Notes: generated by a model from the letters alone, not told the origin. DNA of 64,000 nt from Candidatus Zixiibacteriota bacterium (GCA_011056555.1 DSEQ01000025.1:3736-67735); one strand, 5' to 3'. Counted from the first letter of the stretch, positions 28,834-40,205 are shown. Numbers and translations: made by a program.

Positions 28834-30777
28834 TTAATTAGTCTTTTCCATATTCGGTGACAGTTTTTCCTTGATCTCTCCGCAACGCAGCATCATAGCG
28901 CCGTAAAACGAATTATAGACGGTATCTACAGTCTGGAGCCAGTAGGCCCCCTGGTTATCACGCGCCATCGGACAGAAAGTCAGGAAATAATCCTGGTCCG
29001 AGGCGTGTCCGAATGTTTCCTGCATTTCAATAATAACATTAGAAAGACCATAAAATGCATCGCGTGATTCTTCGATATTCTCGGCCTCGATGCCGGCCTC
29101 TGCATCCGCGATCATCTGCCCGGAATACTTTATCCATTTCATATGCGCATGATCCTTGAACAGGCCCATATCAACATTTTTGACCGACTTTTTTAATCCG
29201 CTGTAAGCTTCTGTAGCCTTGTCCAGCTCATCCGAGGCAAGCGCCATCTGCACATCAAAATAATGCGCATATACCGGGGTCAGGGCCTGCAATGTTTCAG
29301 GATCAAGCGTCACAGCTTCGGGTTCTTTCTGCCCGGAGGAGGGCCGCGATATGGGAGATTGCTGGCCATGCTGATGGGCCGGGCTGCCCCCTCCGCCTTC
29401 CACAAACATCATACTGGGCCGGGCCTGAATCTGAAGCTCGCTGTCGATCTTGAAGGCACCATTGGTAACAACCATTTCACCTTCAGAGAGGCCGGACTTG
29501 ACAACATATAAGTCTCCCGCACGCGGACCCAGTTCAACCTCTCGCCCTTCAAAGACAGGCTTGTCTCCGTCGCTCAGTTCGATATACACAACCGCGCGCT
29601 TTCCTGTCAGAAGAGGAGCGGAAGCCGGTATTACAAGCGGCGCCTCGGATTCCGAATCAGCCAACCGGTCATTGATCACATTTCCTTCCCTGTCCAGAAC
29701 CGACATAATAGTACCGCTTACAAACATGTCTGGCTTGAGCAGACCCTTCGGGTTATCCACTTCGGTCCGTACTCTGGCTGTACGGCTTTGAGGATTGATC
29801 ACAGGATCGATAAAGGTTATTTCAGCGTTGAATTCCTTTCCCGGGAAGGATGGGGATGTGAACACAACATTCTGGCCGACCTTAAGCCAGGGCAGATCGG
29901 TTTCATAGGCGTCGAAAAGCACCCAGATACTGGAAAGGTCGGCTATGGTATAGATTTGAGTGCCGGTCTTCACATACATTCCTTCTTTGGCGTTCTTTTC
30001 GACCACCACTCCGCTGACAGGAGATTTCAGCTTGACCTGCTCCAGCACAACTTCTGATTCTTCAATATCCTTTATTTGGCCTTCAGTCAGACCATAAAGC
30101 CGCAGCTTCTCACGAGCGGATTGAAGCGTCAGGCTGGCGGTCGACTTCAAAACAGAGCTGCCGTTGTTGAGCCTCTCGACCGACTGTTTGGCCTGCAGAA
30201 GTTCTTCCTGAGCGCTTATCAGTTCGGGTGAATAGATGTGTACCATATGTTCACCTTTCTGGACTGTCTCGCCTGTGAAATCAACGAACATTTTATCGAG
30301 CCTTCCGGGAACCCAGGCGGTGATATAGGAAACCTCAGCTTCATCATACGCAATCCTGCCGTTCATCCTGATCTCGGACTCAGCGAAGGCGCGTCTTACC
30401 GGAGTGGTTTGAATGAGAGCCAGTTTCTTGGCAGTTTCGGACATCTTTAACTGGCGCGGTCCCAGATCACCGCTGTTGTCCGATTCAAGCGGGATCAAGT
30501 CCATGAAGCAAATCGGACATTTTCCCGGCTCAGAGAGCTTTATCTGGGGATGCATGGAGCAGGTCCAGGTCGTCGGCTCGGATGAAGCGGCCTGCGCCTC
30601 GGCCTGGCTGTGCTCATGATTGGCGGCAGTGTTTGCCGATTCACCCCCCCGGCCTCCCGAGACTATCATGCCGAAGGAGAACACCACAACTAAAATCGCA
30701 ATGAATACAATCAGTCCCTTTCCCTTGCGCGGTATAAATCCCAGCAGGCTGTCATTATTATTTCTATGTTCAGTCAT
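28834..30777 (-). CDS. cusB: efflux RND periplasmic adaptor (CusB-like) with an N-terminal heavy-metal-binding Cys motif and a C-terminal DUF3347-like extension
   Basis: CSMHPQIKLSEPGKCPICFMDL (HMBD), then beta-barrel/lipoyl/MP domains, then a helical C-terminal extension (YAHYFDVQMALASDELD...). Confidence 0.8.
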   Translation of the reverse strand: MTEHRNNNDSLLGFIPRKGKGLIVFIAILVVVFSFGMIVSGGRGGESANTAANHEHSQAEAQAASSEPTTWTCSMHPQIKLSEPGKCPICFMDLIPLESDNSGDLGPRQLKMSETAKKLALIQTTPVRRAFAESEIRMNGRIAYDEAEVSYITAWVPGRLDKMFVDFTGETVQKGEHMVHIYSPELISAQEELLQAKQSVERLNNGSSVLKSTASLTLQSAREKLRLYGLTEGQIKDIEESEVVLEQVKLKSPVSGVVVEKNAKEGMYVKTGTQIYTIADLSSIWVLFDAYETDLPWLKVGQNVVFTSPSFPGKEFNAEITFIDPVINPQSRTARVRTEVDNPKGLLKPDMFVSGTIMSVLDREGNVINDRLADSESEAPLVIPASAPLLTGKRAVVYIELSDGDKPVFEGREVELGPRAGDLYVVKSGLSEGEMVVTNGAFKIDSELQIQARPSMMFVEGGGGSPAHQHGQQSPISRPSSGQKEPEAVTLDPETLQALTPVYAHYFDVQMALASDELDKATEAYSGLKKSVKNVDMGLFKDHAHMKWIKYSGQMIADAEAGIEAENIEESRDAFYGLSNVIIEMQETFGHASDQDYFLTFCPMARDNQGAYWLQTVDTVYNSFYGAMMLRCGEIKEKLSPNMEKTN

Positions 30778-30807
30778 GTCATTTCTCCTTTCAGCACCAG
30801 GTTCCTG

Positions 30808-31344
30808 TTACATCTCGTGCTGATGCCCATCCGTTTCCATTTTCATTTCAGGCTCTTCTGCTTGCTCATCTGTGGATGACTTTTCATCGAGTTTCATCAG
30901 ATACTTCTGAGGGTCTTCTTCAAATGACGCGACACATCCGGCACAGCAGAAATAAACCCTGCGTCCTTCGTAATCAGCATAAACTTCCTTTTTTTCCAGC
31001 TCCTTACCGGAAACCGGGCAGGTTGTCTGAATATTCTCGAACAGTACGCCTTCGGCGGCTGCCTTCTTAAAATATTTATCCGGATCGGCAACAAGCGCAC
31101 CGGAACATCCCGGACAGCAATGATACACCCTCTGGCCCTGGATATCGGTGTAGACTTCCTTATCTATCTTGCCGCCCATAACCGGGCAAATGGTTTGCGC
31201 TTTCATTTCCACAGCATCAGCTTTCTCCGCACTTTCGGACTTTGCGGTTTTTTCTGCCTTCTCATGCCCCTCGCCTGCCAAGGCCAGTCCGAATGTGAAA
31301 ATGGAAAGTGCAAATACGATTGAGAAAAATTGAAGCTTTTTCAT
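30808..31344 (-). CDS. secreted tandem YHS/TRASH-domain metal-binding protein
   Basis: Signal peptide. Two repeats of TCPV-G-x(n)-Y...CC-GC (TCPVMGGKI...YHCCPGCSG; TCPVSGKEL...YFCCAGCVA). Confidence 0.65.
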   Translation of the reverse strand: MKKLQFFSIVFALSIFTFGLALAGEGHEKAEKTAKSESAEKADAVEMKAQTICPVMGGKIDKEVYTDIQGQRVYHCCPGCSGALVADPDKYFKKAAAEGVLFENIQTTCPVSGKELEKKEVYADYEGRRVYFCCAGCVASFEEDPQKYLMKLDEKSSTDEQAEEPEMKMETDGHQHEM

Positions 31345-31364
31345 CAGCAGCTCCTTTCAAAAAG

Positions 31365-32747
31365 TTAATTGGTTAAATCGGTTTCTAATTCTTTTCCGGT
31401 TAAAACCTCTATCTCGGCCCCGCTTTTGGCCAGATCAGTTTTTGCTTTTTCAAATTTCAAAAGAAAATCCAGAAGCAGCCTCTGTGCATCGAGCACACTC
31501 AAAAAATCAGCCTCGCCCGCCTGATATGCGGAAAAAGATACATTCAGTGACTGCTCCGCCTTGGGAATCAGGCCGTCACGATACAGGCTGACCTTGCGCA
31601 AGGCGTCATTGTGCCTGTAAACTGCTTCCTCCATAATGGTAGCTATATGATTTTCAGAGTTGGCCAGCTTTTCCCGGGTCATCTTATGGCGCGCCTCTGC
31701 TTCCTCTTTTCTGGCCTTATTTTTGCCGAACCAGATAGGAATATTTATGCTGGCTGAAACCATCCAGGGATCCTTCCCGCTATCCTCCAGCGAGGGATTT
31801 ATGGCGTCGCCTGTTTCGATATAATCCACACCGAAAGTGAAGCTGGGATAAGATGATTTGCTCGCCAACCGGATTCCTGCCTCCTCCTTCTCAACCAGCG
31901 ATCTGATAACATCAAGATCGGGATTATTCTGTATCGCGGCCGAAATCAAGGAATCTTCTGAAAGCGTCAATTCATCAACCTCCATCGTATCAGGAACCGG
32001 AATAGGCCGGGAATCTTTTAGATTCAATGCTTCAAGCAGGCGTGCTCTGGCTGGACGAAGCCTGTCTTCAAGGCTCTGTAGACGATCCTCCAGCATGCCC
32101 AGTTCTACCTGGGCCTTGATGACATCGGGATGCCCTTTCTGGCCCACCTTGTATTTGATGCGGGCCACCGATTCCCAGAATTTTAACAGCTCAAAATTAT
32201 CCTCAGTCAACTGGATTTCTCTTCCGAGATAGTAGAGATCGTAGTATGCGGCCTTAACCTGGTAGATCAGCCTCAGCCTGGCCGATTGATAATTCTTATA
32301 AGCGGCATTAGCTGCCTCCAGCGCGATCTCTTTTCTGGCGCCGAGGGTGCCGAACCAGGGGAAGCTCTGCTTCAGGCCGATCCTGAATTCCTGGGGTCCG
32401 ACACGAGTTTCCACATTCTCGATGAAGTGACCGTAGGAGATCATCGGATCGGGCAGGGCCCCAGCATAGCCGGCTTTTTCAAGCTCGGATTTCCAGCGGT
32501 AAAAAGCCGCCTTCAAAGCGGGATTATTTTTCATCGCAATTTTCAGGTAATCCTCAAGCCTGGCGCTGGAATCGATGCCGATTGATCCGGGAGCATCCTG
32601 CTGGTAAAAATGCTCCAGCGAATCCGCCAGTCTTTCGGCTTCGCCCTTATCCAGCGCATATAATAATGAAGGCAAAATCACCAGAGTGACTGCCATCGCC
32701 ATAATTTCTAGTCCTCTTTTTCTCACTAACTTCATCATATCGCCCAT
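31365..32747 (-). CDS. cusC: TolC-family outer-membrane efflux protein (CusC-like OMF), first gene of the cus operon
   Basis: Signal peptide; two OEP repeats; 460 aa. Confidence 0.8.
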   Translation of the reverse strand: MGDMMKLVRKRGLEIMAMAVTLVILPSLLYALDKGEAERLADSLEHFYQQDAPGSIGIDSSARLEDYLKIAMKNNPALKAAFYRWKSELEKAGYAGALPDPMISYGHFIENVETRVGPQEFRIGLKQSFPWFGTLGARKEIALEAANAAYKNYQSARLRLIYQVKAAYYDLYYLGREIQLTEDNFELLKFWESVARIKYKVGQKGHPDVIKAQVELGMLEDRLQSLEDRLRPARARLLEALNLKDSRPIPVPDTMEVDELTLSEDSLISAAIQNNPDLDVIRSLVEKEEAGIRLASKSSYPSFTFGVDYIETGDAINPSLEDSGKDPWMVSASINIPIWFGKNKARKEEAEARHKMTREKLANSENHIATIMEEAVYRHNDALRKVSLYRDGLIPKAEQSLNVSFSAYQAGEADFLSVLDAQRLLLDFLLKFEKAKTDLAKSGAEIEVLTGKELETDLTN

Positions 32748-32753
32748 TAATAG

Positions 32754-32768
32754 TCAAATTGCATGCCA
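32754..32768 (-). promoter_or_regulatory. weak sigma54-like -24/-12 element (TGGCATG-N4-TTGA) immediately upstream of cusC
   Basis: Correct GG-N10-G spacing, but the -12 GC is GA. It ends only about 8 nt before the annotated ATG. Confidence 0.25.
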
Positions 32769-32832
32769 AAGAGCGTAACCTATTAATAGACAATAAGAAG
32801 AGTTTAATGCGGGAAATAAACGGGATGAAAAT

Positions 32833-32848
32833 TGTGGAATATTCTACA
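32833..32848. promoter_or_regulatory. 16-bp near-perfect palindrome TGTgGAATATTCtACA upstream of the cus operon
   Basis: Same core (GAATATTCTACA) and symmetry as the site at 20467-20482. Confidence 0.45.
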
Positions 32849-32890
32849 TTTTTGCAGACTATTCTCCAGAAGATTGGAGGTATCTGGAAA

Positions 32891-33943
32891 TCAGCAGATT
32901 CTGGGAAGCTGTTCTCCGCTTAACATATCAACTATTCTTTCGGTGCCTATTCTGGTTTTTAATGTAACCAGACCCGATTCTTCTTTTGTAACCTTCCCGA
33001 TGATTGCGGGTGAAAAATCGTGATCAGCCGCATTGATAATCACAAGTGCTTTCCCAGCATCGCCGGGCTTAACAAACATGACAAAGCGCCCCTCATTGGC
33101 AACATAAATCGGATCAAACCCGAGCATTTCGCAGGCCCCGCGCACACCCTTGCTGATGATGATGGACTTCTCTTCCAATTCTATCCGGAATTTCGAACTG
33201 CGGGCAATTTCGACACAAGCTGTGGCCAGACCTCCGCGGGTAAGATCGCGCAGGCAGTGAATCTCGATGCCGGCTTCCAGCAGTTTCATGATAACATCTG
33301 AAAGGGATATACAATCGCTTTCTATTTCAGTATCGAACGACAGCCTCTCACGTTTTGCCATCACCGCCATTCCATGCCTTCCAATATCCCCGTTAAGGAT
33401 TACAGCATCCCCCGGCCTTATACTTGAGGGCCTGATATTCAAATCGTGTTCAATAATTCCGATTCCTGCCGTATTAATATAAATCTGGTCGCATTTACCT
33501 TTATCGACTACTTTCGTATCGCCGGTAATAATTTTAGCTCCGGCATTTGCAGCCTCCCTTCGCATCGACAGGCAGATTTTCCAGAGTGTCTCGATTTCCA
33601 GACCTTCTTCCAGAATAAATCCGACGCTTATATACAGGGGGCGCGCCCCGCTCATGGCCAGATCATTGACCGTACCGCAAACAGCCAGCTTGCCTATATC
33701 GCCGCCCGGAAAAAAGATCGGTTGTATGACATATGAATCGGTGGTATAAGCAAGCCTTCCAGACGGTGCATGAATAACCGCGCTGTCATGCTCGCTTTCA
33801 AGACTGGAAGAATAAAAGGCGGCTACAAAAAGCTTTTCTATCAACTCATGCATCAGGCGTCCACCGCCCCCATGAGCCATCCTGATATGCGGATATTTAT
33901 CTTTTGGAATGGGGCACTCTTTTTCTCTCGGGTCAGCATCCAT
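32891..33943 (-). CDS. hypE: hydrogenase expression/formation protein HypE
   Basis: AIR-synthase-related fold with the MAHGGGG N-terminal motif and the C-terminal conserved Cys tail (PRIC). Confidence 0.9.
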   Translation of the reverse strand: MDADPREKECPIPKDKYPHIRMAHGGGGRLMHELIEKLFVAAFYSSSLESEHDSAVIHAPSGRLAYTTDSYVIQPIFFPGGDIGKLAVCGTVNDLAMSGARPLYISVGFILEEGLEIETLWKICLSMRREAANAGAKIITGDTKVVDKGKCDQIYINTAGIGIIEHDLNIRPSSIRPGDAVILNGDIGRHGMAVMAKRERLSFDTEIESDCISLSDVIMKLLEAGIEIHCLRDLTRGGLATACVEIARSSKFRIELEEKSIIISKGVRGACEMLGFDPIYVANEGRFVMFVKPGDAGKALVIINAADHDFSPAIIGKVTKEESGLVTLKTRIGTERIVDMLSGEQLPRIC

Positions 33944-35053
33944 CTATTCAAGCCCTGTCTTTTGCAGATCCAACTTACGGTAGCTATAGTAAGCGCTGCA
34001 TGCGCCCTCGGAGGAAACCATTGTCGCCCCAAGCGGATTTTCGGGAGTACATCTGGTGCCAAATGCCGGACAGTCGAATGGTTTCCGTGTGCCTTTCAGA
34101 ATCTCAGCGCTAATACATTCCCCGCTTTGATCCGAAATATCATCGACTTTTCCGAATTTCTCCTCGGCATCATACTGTCTGTACTTATCGCTTATTGCAA
34201 GACCGCTGGATTCTATCATCCCAAGCCCGCGCCATCTTCTATCCACGATTGTCAATACATCTTCCATAACCCTGCGCGCCTCTGCATTTCCCTCTCGTTT
34301 TACCGAACGGGAATACTGATTTTCAACCATAGCTCTTCCATCCTCAAGCTGCGCTAAAGACATATATATTCCCTGGATGATATCCAGAGGCTCGAATCCG
34401 GTGACCACAATTGGAACACTATATCCTGCAGACAATTCCTCGTACTGTTCGAAGCCGCTGACAGTGCATACATGACCGGCCGCAAGAAAAGCGTCGACTT
34501 TATTATTATCTGATGACAATATCACTTCCATGGCCGGAGGAATCAGAACCATCGCAGATAAAACCGAGAAGTTCTCGAGTCCAACCAGACCGGCCTGAAG
34601 GATTGACATCGCATTGGCAGGCGCCGTGGTCTCAAATCCGATCCCGAAAAAGACTACTTCCTTGTCAGGATTTTCCTGTGCGATTCTGAGCGCGTCAAGA
34701 GGAGAATAGACTACACGAAGATCGCCCCCGGCAGACTTAACACTAAACAGATCTCCTGCTGATCCCGGCACGCGCATCATATCCCCGAATGAGCAGAATA
34801 TCACATTTTCGCGGCCGGCGATCTCGATTGCCTTGTCGATAATGCTGAGCGGGGTGACACAGACCGGGCATCCGGGGCCGTGCAAAAGCGTAATCCTGTC
34901 GGGCAAGAGCTGATCCAGCCCGTGTCTGACAATGGCATGGGTCTGTCCCCCGCAGACCTCCATTATGTTCCAGTCTCGGCTTGTTATGCTTTTTATTTTC
35001 TCTGCAAAAGCGGCCACAGCCCGGGGATTATGATATTCGTCGATATATTTCAT
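33944..35053 (-). CDS. hypD: hydrogenase formation protein HypD
   Basis: [10 protein letters not shown]..; motifs CGGQTH and [10 protein letters not shown]. Confidence 0.9.
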   Translation of the reverse strand: MKYIDEYHNPRAVAAFAEKIKSITSRDWNIMEVCGGQTHAIVRHGLDQLLPDRITLLHGPGCPVCVTPLSIIDKAIEIAGRENVIFCSFGDMMRVPGSAGDLFSVKSAGGDLRVVYSPLDALRIAQENPDKEVVFFGIGFETTAPANAMSILQAGLVGLENFSVLSAMVLIPPAMEVILSSDNNKVDAFLAAGHVCTVSGFEQYEELSAGYSVPIVVTGFEPLDIIQGIYMSLAQLEDGRAMVENQYSRSVKREGNAEARRVMEDVLTIVDRRWRGLGMIESSGLAISDKYRQYDAEEKFGKVDDISDQSGECISAEILKGTRKPFDCPAFGTRCTPENPLGATMVSSEGACSAYYSYRKLDLQKTGLE

Positions 35054-35301
35054 TGCCTGTCCGCCTCTTCCATCATGCCGTCAATTTCATCGAGATATTC
35101 AAAGACTCTCTGCGCCTCATCCTCATCAACCATGCTGATAGCAAAACCGGCATGCACAATCACGTAGTCACCAATATTAGCATCCGGTACAAGTGACAGG
35201 TTTATTTGCTTGATAACCCCGCCGAAATTGACACGGCCGGTGTGCATCAAAGAATCGTCTCTTTCAATGCCGATAATCTTTCCCGGTATGGCCAGACACA
35301 T
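35050..35301 (-). CDS. hypC: hydrogenase assembly chaperone HypC/HupF
   Basis: [10 protein letters not shown]-terminus; 83 aa; ATGA overlap with hypD. Confidence 0.85.
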   Translation of the reverse strand: MCLAIPGKIIGIERDDSLMHTGRVNFGGVIKQINLSLVPDANIGDYVIVHAGFAISMVDEDEAQRVFEYLDEIDGMMEEADRQ

Positions 35302-35306
35302 TTATC

Positions 35307-37616
35307 TTACTCCATAGATTCTTCTCTGGAAACTGCCATAATCTGACCCAACGAGATCCCGCCGTCATTAGGTGGAACCAGGTTGTGCCAGTATGGCAGA
35401 AAGCCCTCTTTCTTCAGGCGGTCAACCGCTTTTTCGGTCAAATACTTGTTCTGGAAACATCCGCCCGAAAGCACGACACGCTTCTTCCCATAAATCTTCG
35501 CAATCTCAACAATCATCTCAGCCAGTGTATTATGAAATCTTGCGGCAATTCGGTTTATGGAAATATCTCTACCATAGTCCTTGTTGATGTCATTGATCAT
35601 CTTTTCCCAATCTATAATATGTATATCTCCCTTTCTGGCAAGATCAAATGAGTAGCTCCCGAGATCATCAGACTTCTCCGCCGCAAATTCCAGCAGCATG
35701 GCTGCCTCTCCCTCGAAGTCGATTTCGTGGCAAAGTCCGATTATTGAGGCGACCGCGTCAAACAGGCGTCCCATACTCGATGTTCGCGGGCAATTGATCT
35801 CATTTTTCAACGCGCCCAGGAGTGGCTGCTTCTGTTCCGGCCTGAACCTGTCCAGAGGATTATTCTTTTCCATCCCGATGATATCTCGTCCATAAAGCTC
35901 GTACATCATCCCCAGCGCCGACCGTCTGGGTCTCAAAATTGCCCTCTCACCGCCGGGAAGCGGGAATGTCCTCAGATGGGCAATTCGCTGGTACGATTTA
36001 CCATCAATAGCCAGAAACTCTCCGCCCCAGATAGTGCCATCCTCGCCATACCCGCTGCCATCCCAGGCCACACCCAGGACATCAGAACTCAGACCATTTT
36101 CTGCCATACAGCTCAGGATGTGCGCATGATGATGCTGCACCTGCAGCAGTGGAGGTCCGCTTTTCCCGGCATAAACTGTGGAATAATAATCGGGATGCTT
36201 GTCGCAGGCTATAATGTCGGGCTTGAATTCATAAATATCAGAAAGTGAATTTATGGTGTCATTGAATGTGTCGATAGAAAGTCTCGTATCCAGGTCACCT
36301 ATGTGCTGGCTCATGAAAACATTCTTGCCTGATGACAGGGCGATAGTATTTTTCTGATGTGCCCCCACTGACAGGCTCGGCCTGGAGGGTTCTTTCAGAT
36401 ATATCGGCAGCGGAGCATAACCGCGCGCTCGTCTGAGGACAAGCTCTCTTGCGGCCGCCACGCGCACGATTGAATCGTCCACATGTCTTGCAATCGGCCG
36501 GTTGTGCACAAGAAATAGATCAGCGACACCCGACAGTCTTGCGAGAGCTTCCTTTTCATCGGTACAGATCGGCTCCTCGGCCAAATTTCCGCTGGTGGCC
36601 ACAACCGGAATTTTCAATTTGTGCATCAAGATATGATGCAATGGTGTGTAGGGCAGCATGATCCCAAGATAGGGATTATCCGGCGCGATACCCTTGAGAG
36701 GCCGAGGTGTACTTTCCAGGCCAAACCGCTTTCGCTTCAGAAGCACAATCGGAGCCTCGGATGATGTCAGTAGTTTTCTTTCAAGCTCGCTGACCTCGCA
36801 CTCCTGTTCAACCATAGCTATATTGGGATACATGAGTGCAAAGGGCTTCTTCTTTCGGCTTTTCAAACTCCGCAACCGCCTGACCGCCTGATAATTCTGT
36901 GCATCGACTATCAGATGAAATCCCCCCAGACCTTTCAAAGCCAGTATTTCACCGCCCAAAACAGCTTCGCAGGCCAGATCCAGAGCCTCATTACGCAGCG
37001 CCAGAGCCTCCCCGGATTTATCCCACAATTCCAGATGCGGTCCGCATCGGGGGCAGGCATTGGGCTGGGCATGAAAACGACGATTTACAGGATTTTCATA
37101 TTCCTCGCGGCACTCGTCGCACATTTCAAAAATTTTCATCGTGGTCATGGCGCGGTCATAGGGCAGCCCTTCTATAATACTATAGCGCGGACCGCAGTTC
37201 GTGCAGTTTGTGAAGGGGTAAAGGTAATGCCTGTTTTCAGGATCGAATATTTCGCGCAGACAGTCCGGGCAGGTTGCGATATCCGGCAGGACCACAGCCG
37301 TTTTATCTCCTGATGATTGGCTGTCGATGATCCGAAAGCCGGTTTCATTTTTCGGATCGATGTACTTCCGCCCGATATCGTCTATTCTGGAATGAACGGG
37401 CCTTTCAGCTTTTAATAATTCCGGGAATGTTTCAATATTTTTGCTATCACCCTCCAGTTCGATTTCTACACCACCTGACGAGTTGTTTATCCATCCCGAT
37501 AATCCTAGTCTTGACGCCAGCCTATAGACTGTCGGACGAAAACCCACACCCTGGACAGCGCCGCTGATCCTGAGATTTACACGTTTGAGCTGTCTATTTG
37601 AAATATTTGCTTTCAT
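35307..37616 (-). CDS. hypF: carbamoyltransferase HypF
   Basis: Acylphosphatase domain, two Zn-finger CxxC pairs, YrdC and Kae1-like domains; 769 aa. Confidence 0.9.
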   Translation of the reverse strand: MKANISNRQLKRVNLRISGAVQGVGFRPTVYRLASRLGLSGWINNSSGGVEIELEGDSKNIETFPELLKAERPVHSRIDDIGRKYIDPKNETGFRIIDSQSSGDKTAVVLPDIATCPDCLREIFDPENRHYLYPFTNCTNCGPRYSIIEGLPYDRAMTTMKIFEMCDECREEYENPVNRRFHAQPNACPRCGPHLELWDKSGEALALRNEALDLACEAVLGGEILALKGLGGFHLIVDAQNYQAVRRLRSLKSRKKKPFALMYPNIAMVEQECEVSELERKLLTSSEAPIVLLKRKRFGLESTPRPLKGIAPDNPYLGIMLPYTPLHHILMHKLKIPVVATSGNLAEEPICTDEKEALARLSGVADLFLVHNRPIARHVDDSIVRVAAARELVLRRARGYAPLPIYLKEPSRPSLSVGAHQKNTIALSSGKNVFMSQHIGDLDTRLSIDTFNDTINSLSDIYEFKPDIIACDKHPDYYSTVYAGKSGPPLLQVQHHHAHILSCMAENGLSSDVLGVAWDGSGYGEDGTIWGGEFLAIDGKSYQRIAHLRTFPLPGGERAILRPRRSALGMMYELYGRDIIGMEKNNPLDRFRPEQKQPLLGALKNEINCPRTSSMGRLFDAVASIIGLCHEIDFEGEAAMLLEFAAEKSDDLGSYSFDLARKGDIHIIDWEKMINDINKDYGRDISINRIAARFHNTLAEMIVEIAKIYGKKRVVLSGGCFQNKYLTEKAVDRLKKEGFLPYWHNLVPPNDGGISLGQIMAVSREESME

Positions 37617-37656
37617 ATGCTTTTAAAATAAATCATACGGTTTGATCATTCCGTTA

Positions 37657-38154
37657 TCATGATAAATAAACCAGCTCATCGATCTCTTGCTTGATCTTGA
37701 TAATTACTTTGCTGATCGCAGGCTTGATCTCTTGTGAAAAACACTTTCCGTGCTCAAAATTCCTGCATTCGATACAATAGACAATCAATTTCTCGGGTAA
37801 ACTCTCCAGGGTTCGAGCAAGCTCGATCGCCTCTCTAAGATTAAATGTGTGTGTGGATAAACTCGAGGTGATGTCCTCGGGAATTTCCTCGTTTAATGCA
37901 TCAAATCGAAAAACTGTTCCGGGTTCACATCCGGAGCATACGGCATCCACAAAGAATACATGCTTTCGTTTCTTCCAATGTTCTATCAGTTTTGTGCTGT
38001 CCCCTACATCCTTTATATATCTTGTCCGATCAGGGTAAAGCTGGAAGATCTTTTTTGCTATCACCGGACCCACCGCATCATCAGAGCGGAATTCATTTCC
38101 GGCGCCTACCAAAAGGATAAGGTCTTCCTCCTGCATCGTAGCTACCTCACTCAC
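37657..38154 (-). CDS. hydrogenase maturation endopeptidase (HycI/HoxW family)
   Basis: [25 protein letters not shown]... with the conserved Asp/His metal ligands. Placed directly downstream of the large subunit. Confidence 0.75.
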   Translation of the reverse strand: MSEVATMQEEDLILLVGAGNEFRSDDAVGPVIAKKIFQLYPDRTRYIKDVGDSTKLIEHWKKRKHVFFVDAVCSGCEPGTVFRFDALNEEIPEDITSSLSTHTFNLREAIELARTLESLPEKLIVYCIECRNFEHGKCFSQEIKPAISKVIIKIKQEIDELVYLS

Positions 38155-39436
38155 GGTCTATGGTTAGCTTCAGGAAATGGCAGGAGCAGGAGATGCAGGG
38201 ATCGTAGTTGCGAACGGCCTGTTCACATTTCCAGGTTAACTCGTCATGGGACAGGTTCAGGTTCTTCGAGACAAATTCTGTAAGATCCTCTTCTACCGAT
38301 GATTGATTCTGTGAGGTTGGCGGAATAATTCTGGCATCTTTAATAATGCCATTCTTGTCAATCTGATAACGATGGTAGAGTGTCCCGCGAGGAGCTTCCG
38401 TGGCGCCATGCCCGACGCCTTCTTGTGGTTCTATCTCTATATATGGTTGATCCGGCATTTCACAACTGGCGATTATGCGGAGCGCCTCATCACAGGCGTA
38501 TAATGTCTCAACCGCCCTTACTATTATGCTTTTGAAGGGATTATTGCAGGTCTTGCTCAGGCCGGCTTCTTTGGCGGCCTCTTTTGAGATCTTTGAGAGT
38601 TTATTGAAATTAAGACTGTAACGCGCCATTGGCCCGGTCATGTACGAACCGCGCCCCTTTACAGAGGCCTGCAGCGAGGTGGAATGCTTGACGTGATGTT
38701 CCTCGAAATAATCCAGGAACTGTTCAACACCGATATCGATGCCCTTATTGGAGGCTATCCCGCCCTCATCAATGGGGTACTCGCTTTCATGACTCACGCT
38801 TACGAATTCATAATCCCGTTCAAAATCGGGGAAGTCAAAGGTCGAGACCCATTTTACAGTTTCCAGTGAAGCATCCCGTGCCCATTTCAATGGCTCAACC
38901 ATCTTCTGCAGTTCTTTCTTGTTGGGGACTTTATAAAATCCGCCGACCCGAATATTGATGGGATGGATTTCGCGGCCACCCATCAGGATCATCAGATCAT
39001 TGCCGATCTTCTTGAGCTTTAGGCCTCGTTTTACAACATCCGGGTAATCTTTTGCCATCCCGATCGCATCCTCATATCCCAGAAAATCGGGGGCATGCAG
39101 CATATAAATATGCAGGCCATGGCTTTCGATCCATTCACCGCAGTAAATCAGTCTTCTCAAATCGCGAAGCGGCCCCTCGACCTTGACACCGCAGGCCATC
39201 TCCATCGCATGGCAAGAGCTCATCATGTAGGCAATCGGGCAGATCCCGCAAATTCGGGCGGTGATATCCGGGGCCTCGGTGAATTTCCGTCCGCGCAGAA
39301 AAGCCTCGAAAAACCTGGGCGGCTCGAATATATTCAGCTTTGCTTCCTTAACCTCATCACCGCGGATTTTGACCTGAAGTCCACCCTCTCCCTCGACACG
39401 GGCCAGGTAATCCACCTTGATCGATTTACCTTTCAT
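38147..39436 (-). CDS. NiFe hydrogenase large subunit, group 3b (sulfhydrogenase alpha, HydA-type)
   Basis: N-terminal L1 motif [10 protein letters not shown] and C-terminal DPCISCSCH (DPCxxCxxH). About 430 aa, typical of group 3. Start at MKGKSIKV (an internal ATG of the listed ORF). Confidence 0.85.
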   Translation of the reverse strand: MKGKSIKVDYLARVEGEGGLQVKIRGDEVKEAKLNIFEPPRFFEAFLRGRKFTEAPDITARICGICPIAYMMSSCHAMEMACGVKVEGPLRDLRRLIYCGEWIESHGLHIYMLHAPDFLGYEDAIGMAKDYPDVVKRGLKLKKIGNDLMILMGGREIHPINIRVGGFYKVPNKKELQKMVEPLKWARDASLETVKWVSTFDFPDFERDYEFVSVSHESEYPIDEGGIASNKGIDIGVEQFLDYFEEHHVKHSTSLQASVKGRGSYMTGPMARYSLNFNKLSKISKEAAKEAGLSKTCNNPFKSIIVRAVETLYACDEALRIIASCEMPDQPYIEIEPQEGVGHGATEAPRGTLYHRYQIDKNGIIKDARIIPPTSQNQSSVEEDLTEFVSKNLNLSHDELTWKCEQAVRNYDPCISCSCHFLKLTIDRE

Positions 39437-40205
39437 GAGCTTCACTCTCCTTCCGGAATGAATCGGCATAGGCATTAAAATTGCGGAAGAATCTGGTCAG
39501 GTCGTCTCTGGAAACATTGAGTTTTTTACACCATTCGGCCAGTGAATTTGTATTGGGTGTTTCCTTGGGTCCGAAGCATCCATAACAGCCCCGATTATAG
39601 GAGGGACACAATGCGCCGCATCCAGCCTGTGTCACCGGACCCAGGCAGGGAGTACCATGCGCGACCATCACGCAGATGTTACCCTTGCGCTTGCATTCCA
39701 TGCACACGCTGTAGGGCGGGATAATCGGCTTCCTGCCGATCAAAAAAGCGCTTACAACCTCGAGCAGCTGGTATTTATTGATAGGACAGCCGCGCAATTC
39801 GTAGTCCACAAATACATGATCTGAAATCGGCGTGGACTTGTTCAGGGTTACGATATATTCCGGGCTGGGGTAAACTATAGCAACAAAATCCTTCACATCG
39901 CTGAAATTTCTGAGCGCCTGTATTCCGCCCGCGGTGGCACAGGCGCCAATCGTCACCAGCACTTTGGAAGCCCTTCTTACCTTATGAATCCGCTCTGCAT
40001 CATGCGGTGTGGTAATCGAACCTTCCACCAGAGAAACATCATATGGACCCTTGATGACTGCACGGGAGGCCTCCGGGAAATTGGCAATCGTAATCTTATC
40101 CGCAACTGCCAGAAGTTCATCTTCACAGTCTAGAAGACTAAGCTGGCAGCCATCGCATGAGGCGAATTTCCATACCGCGAGTTTTGGTTTACGCTCCCTG
40201 GCCAT
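39426..40205 (-). CDS. NiFe hydrogenase small subunit, group 3 (sulfhydrogenase delta)
   Basis: N-terminal CDGCQ proximal-cluster motif plus further Cys ligands; 259 aa. Confidence 0.85.
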   Translation of the reverse strand: MARERKPKLAVWKFASCDGCQLSLLDCEDELLAVADKITIANFPEASRAVIKGPYDVSLVEGSITTPHDAERIHKVRRASKVLVTIGACATAGGIQALRNFSDVKDFVAIVYPSPEYIVTLNKSTPISDHVFVDYELRGCPINKYQLLEVVSAFLIGRKPIIPPYSVCMECKRKGNICVMVAHGTPCLGPVTQAGCGALCPSYNRGCYGCFGPKETPNTNSLAEWCKKLNVSRDDLTRFFRNFNAYADSFRKESEAHER

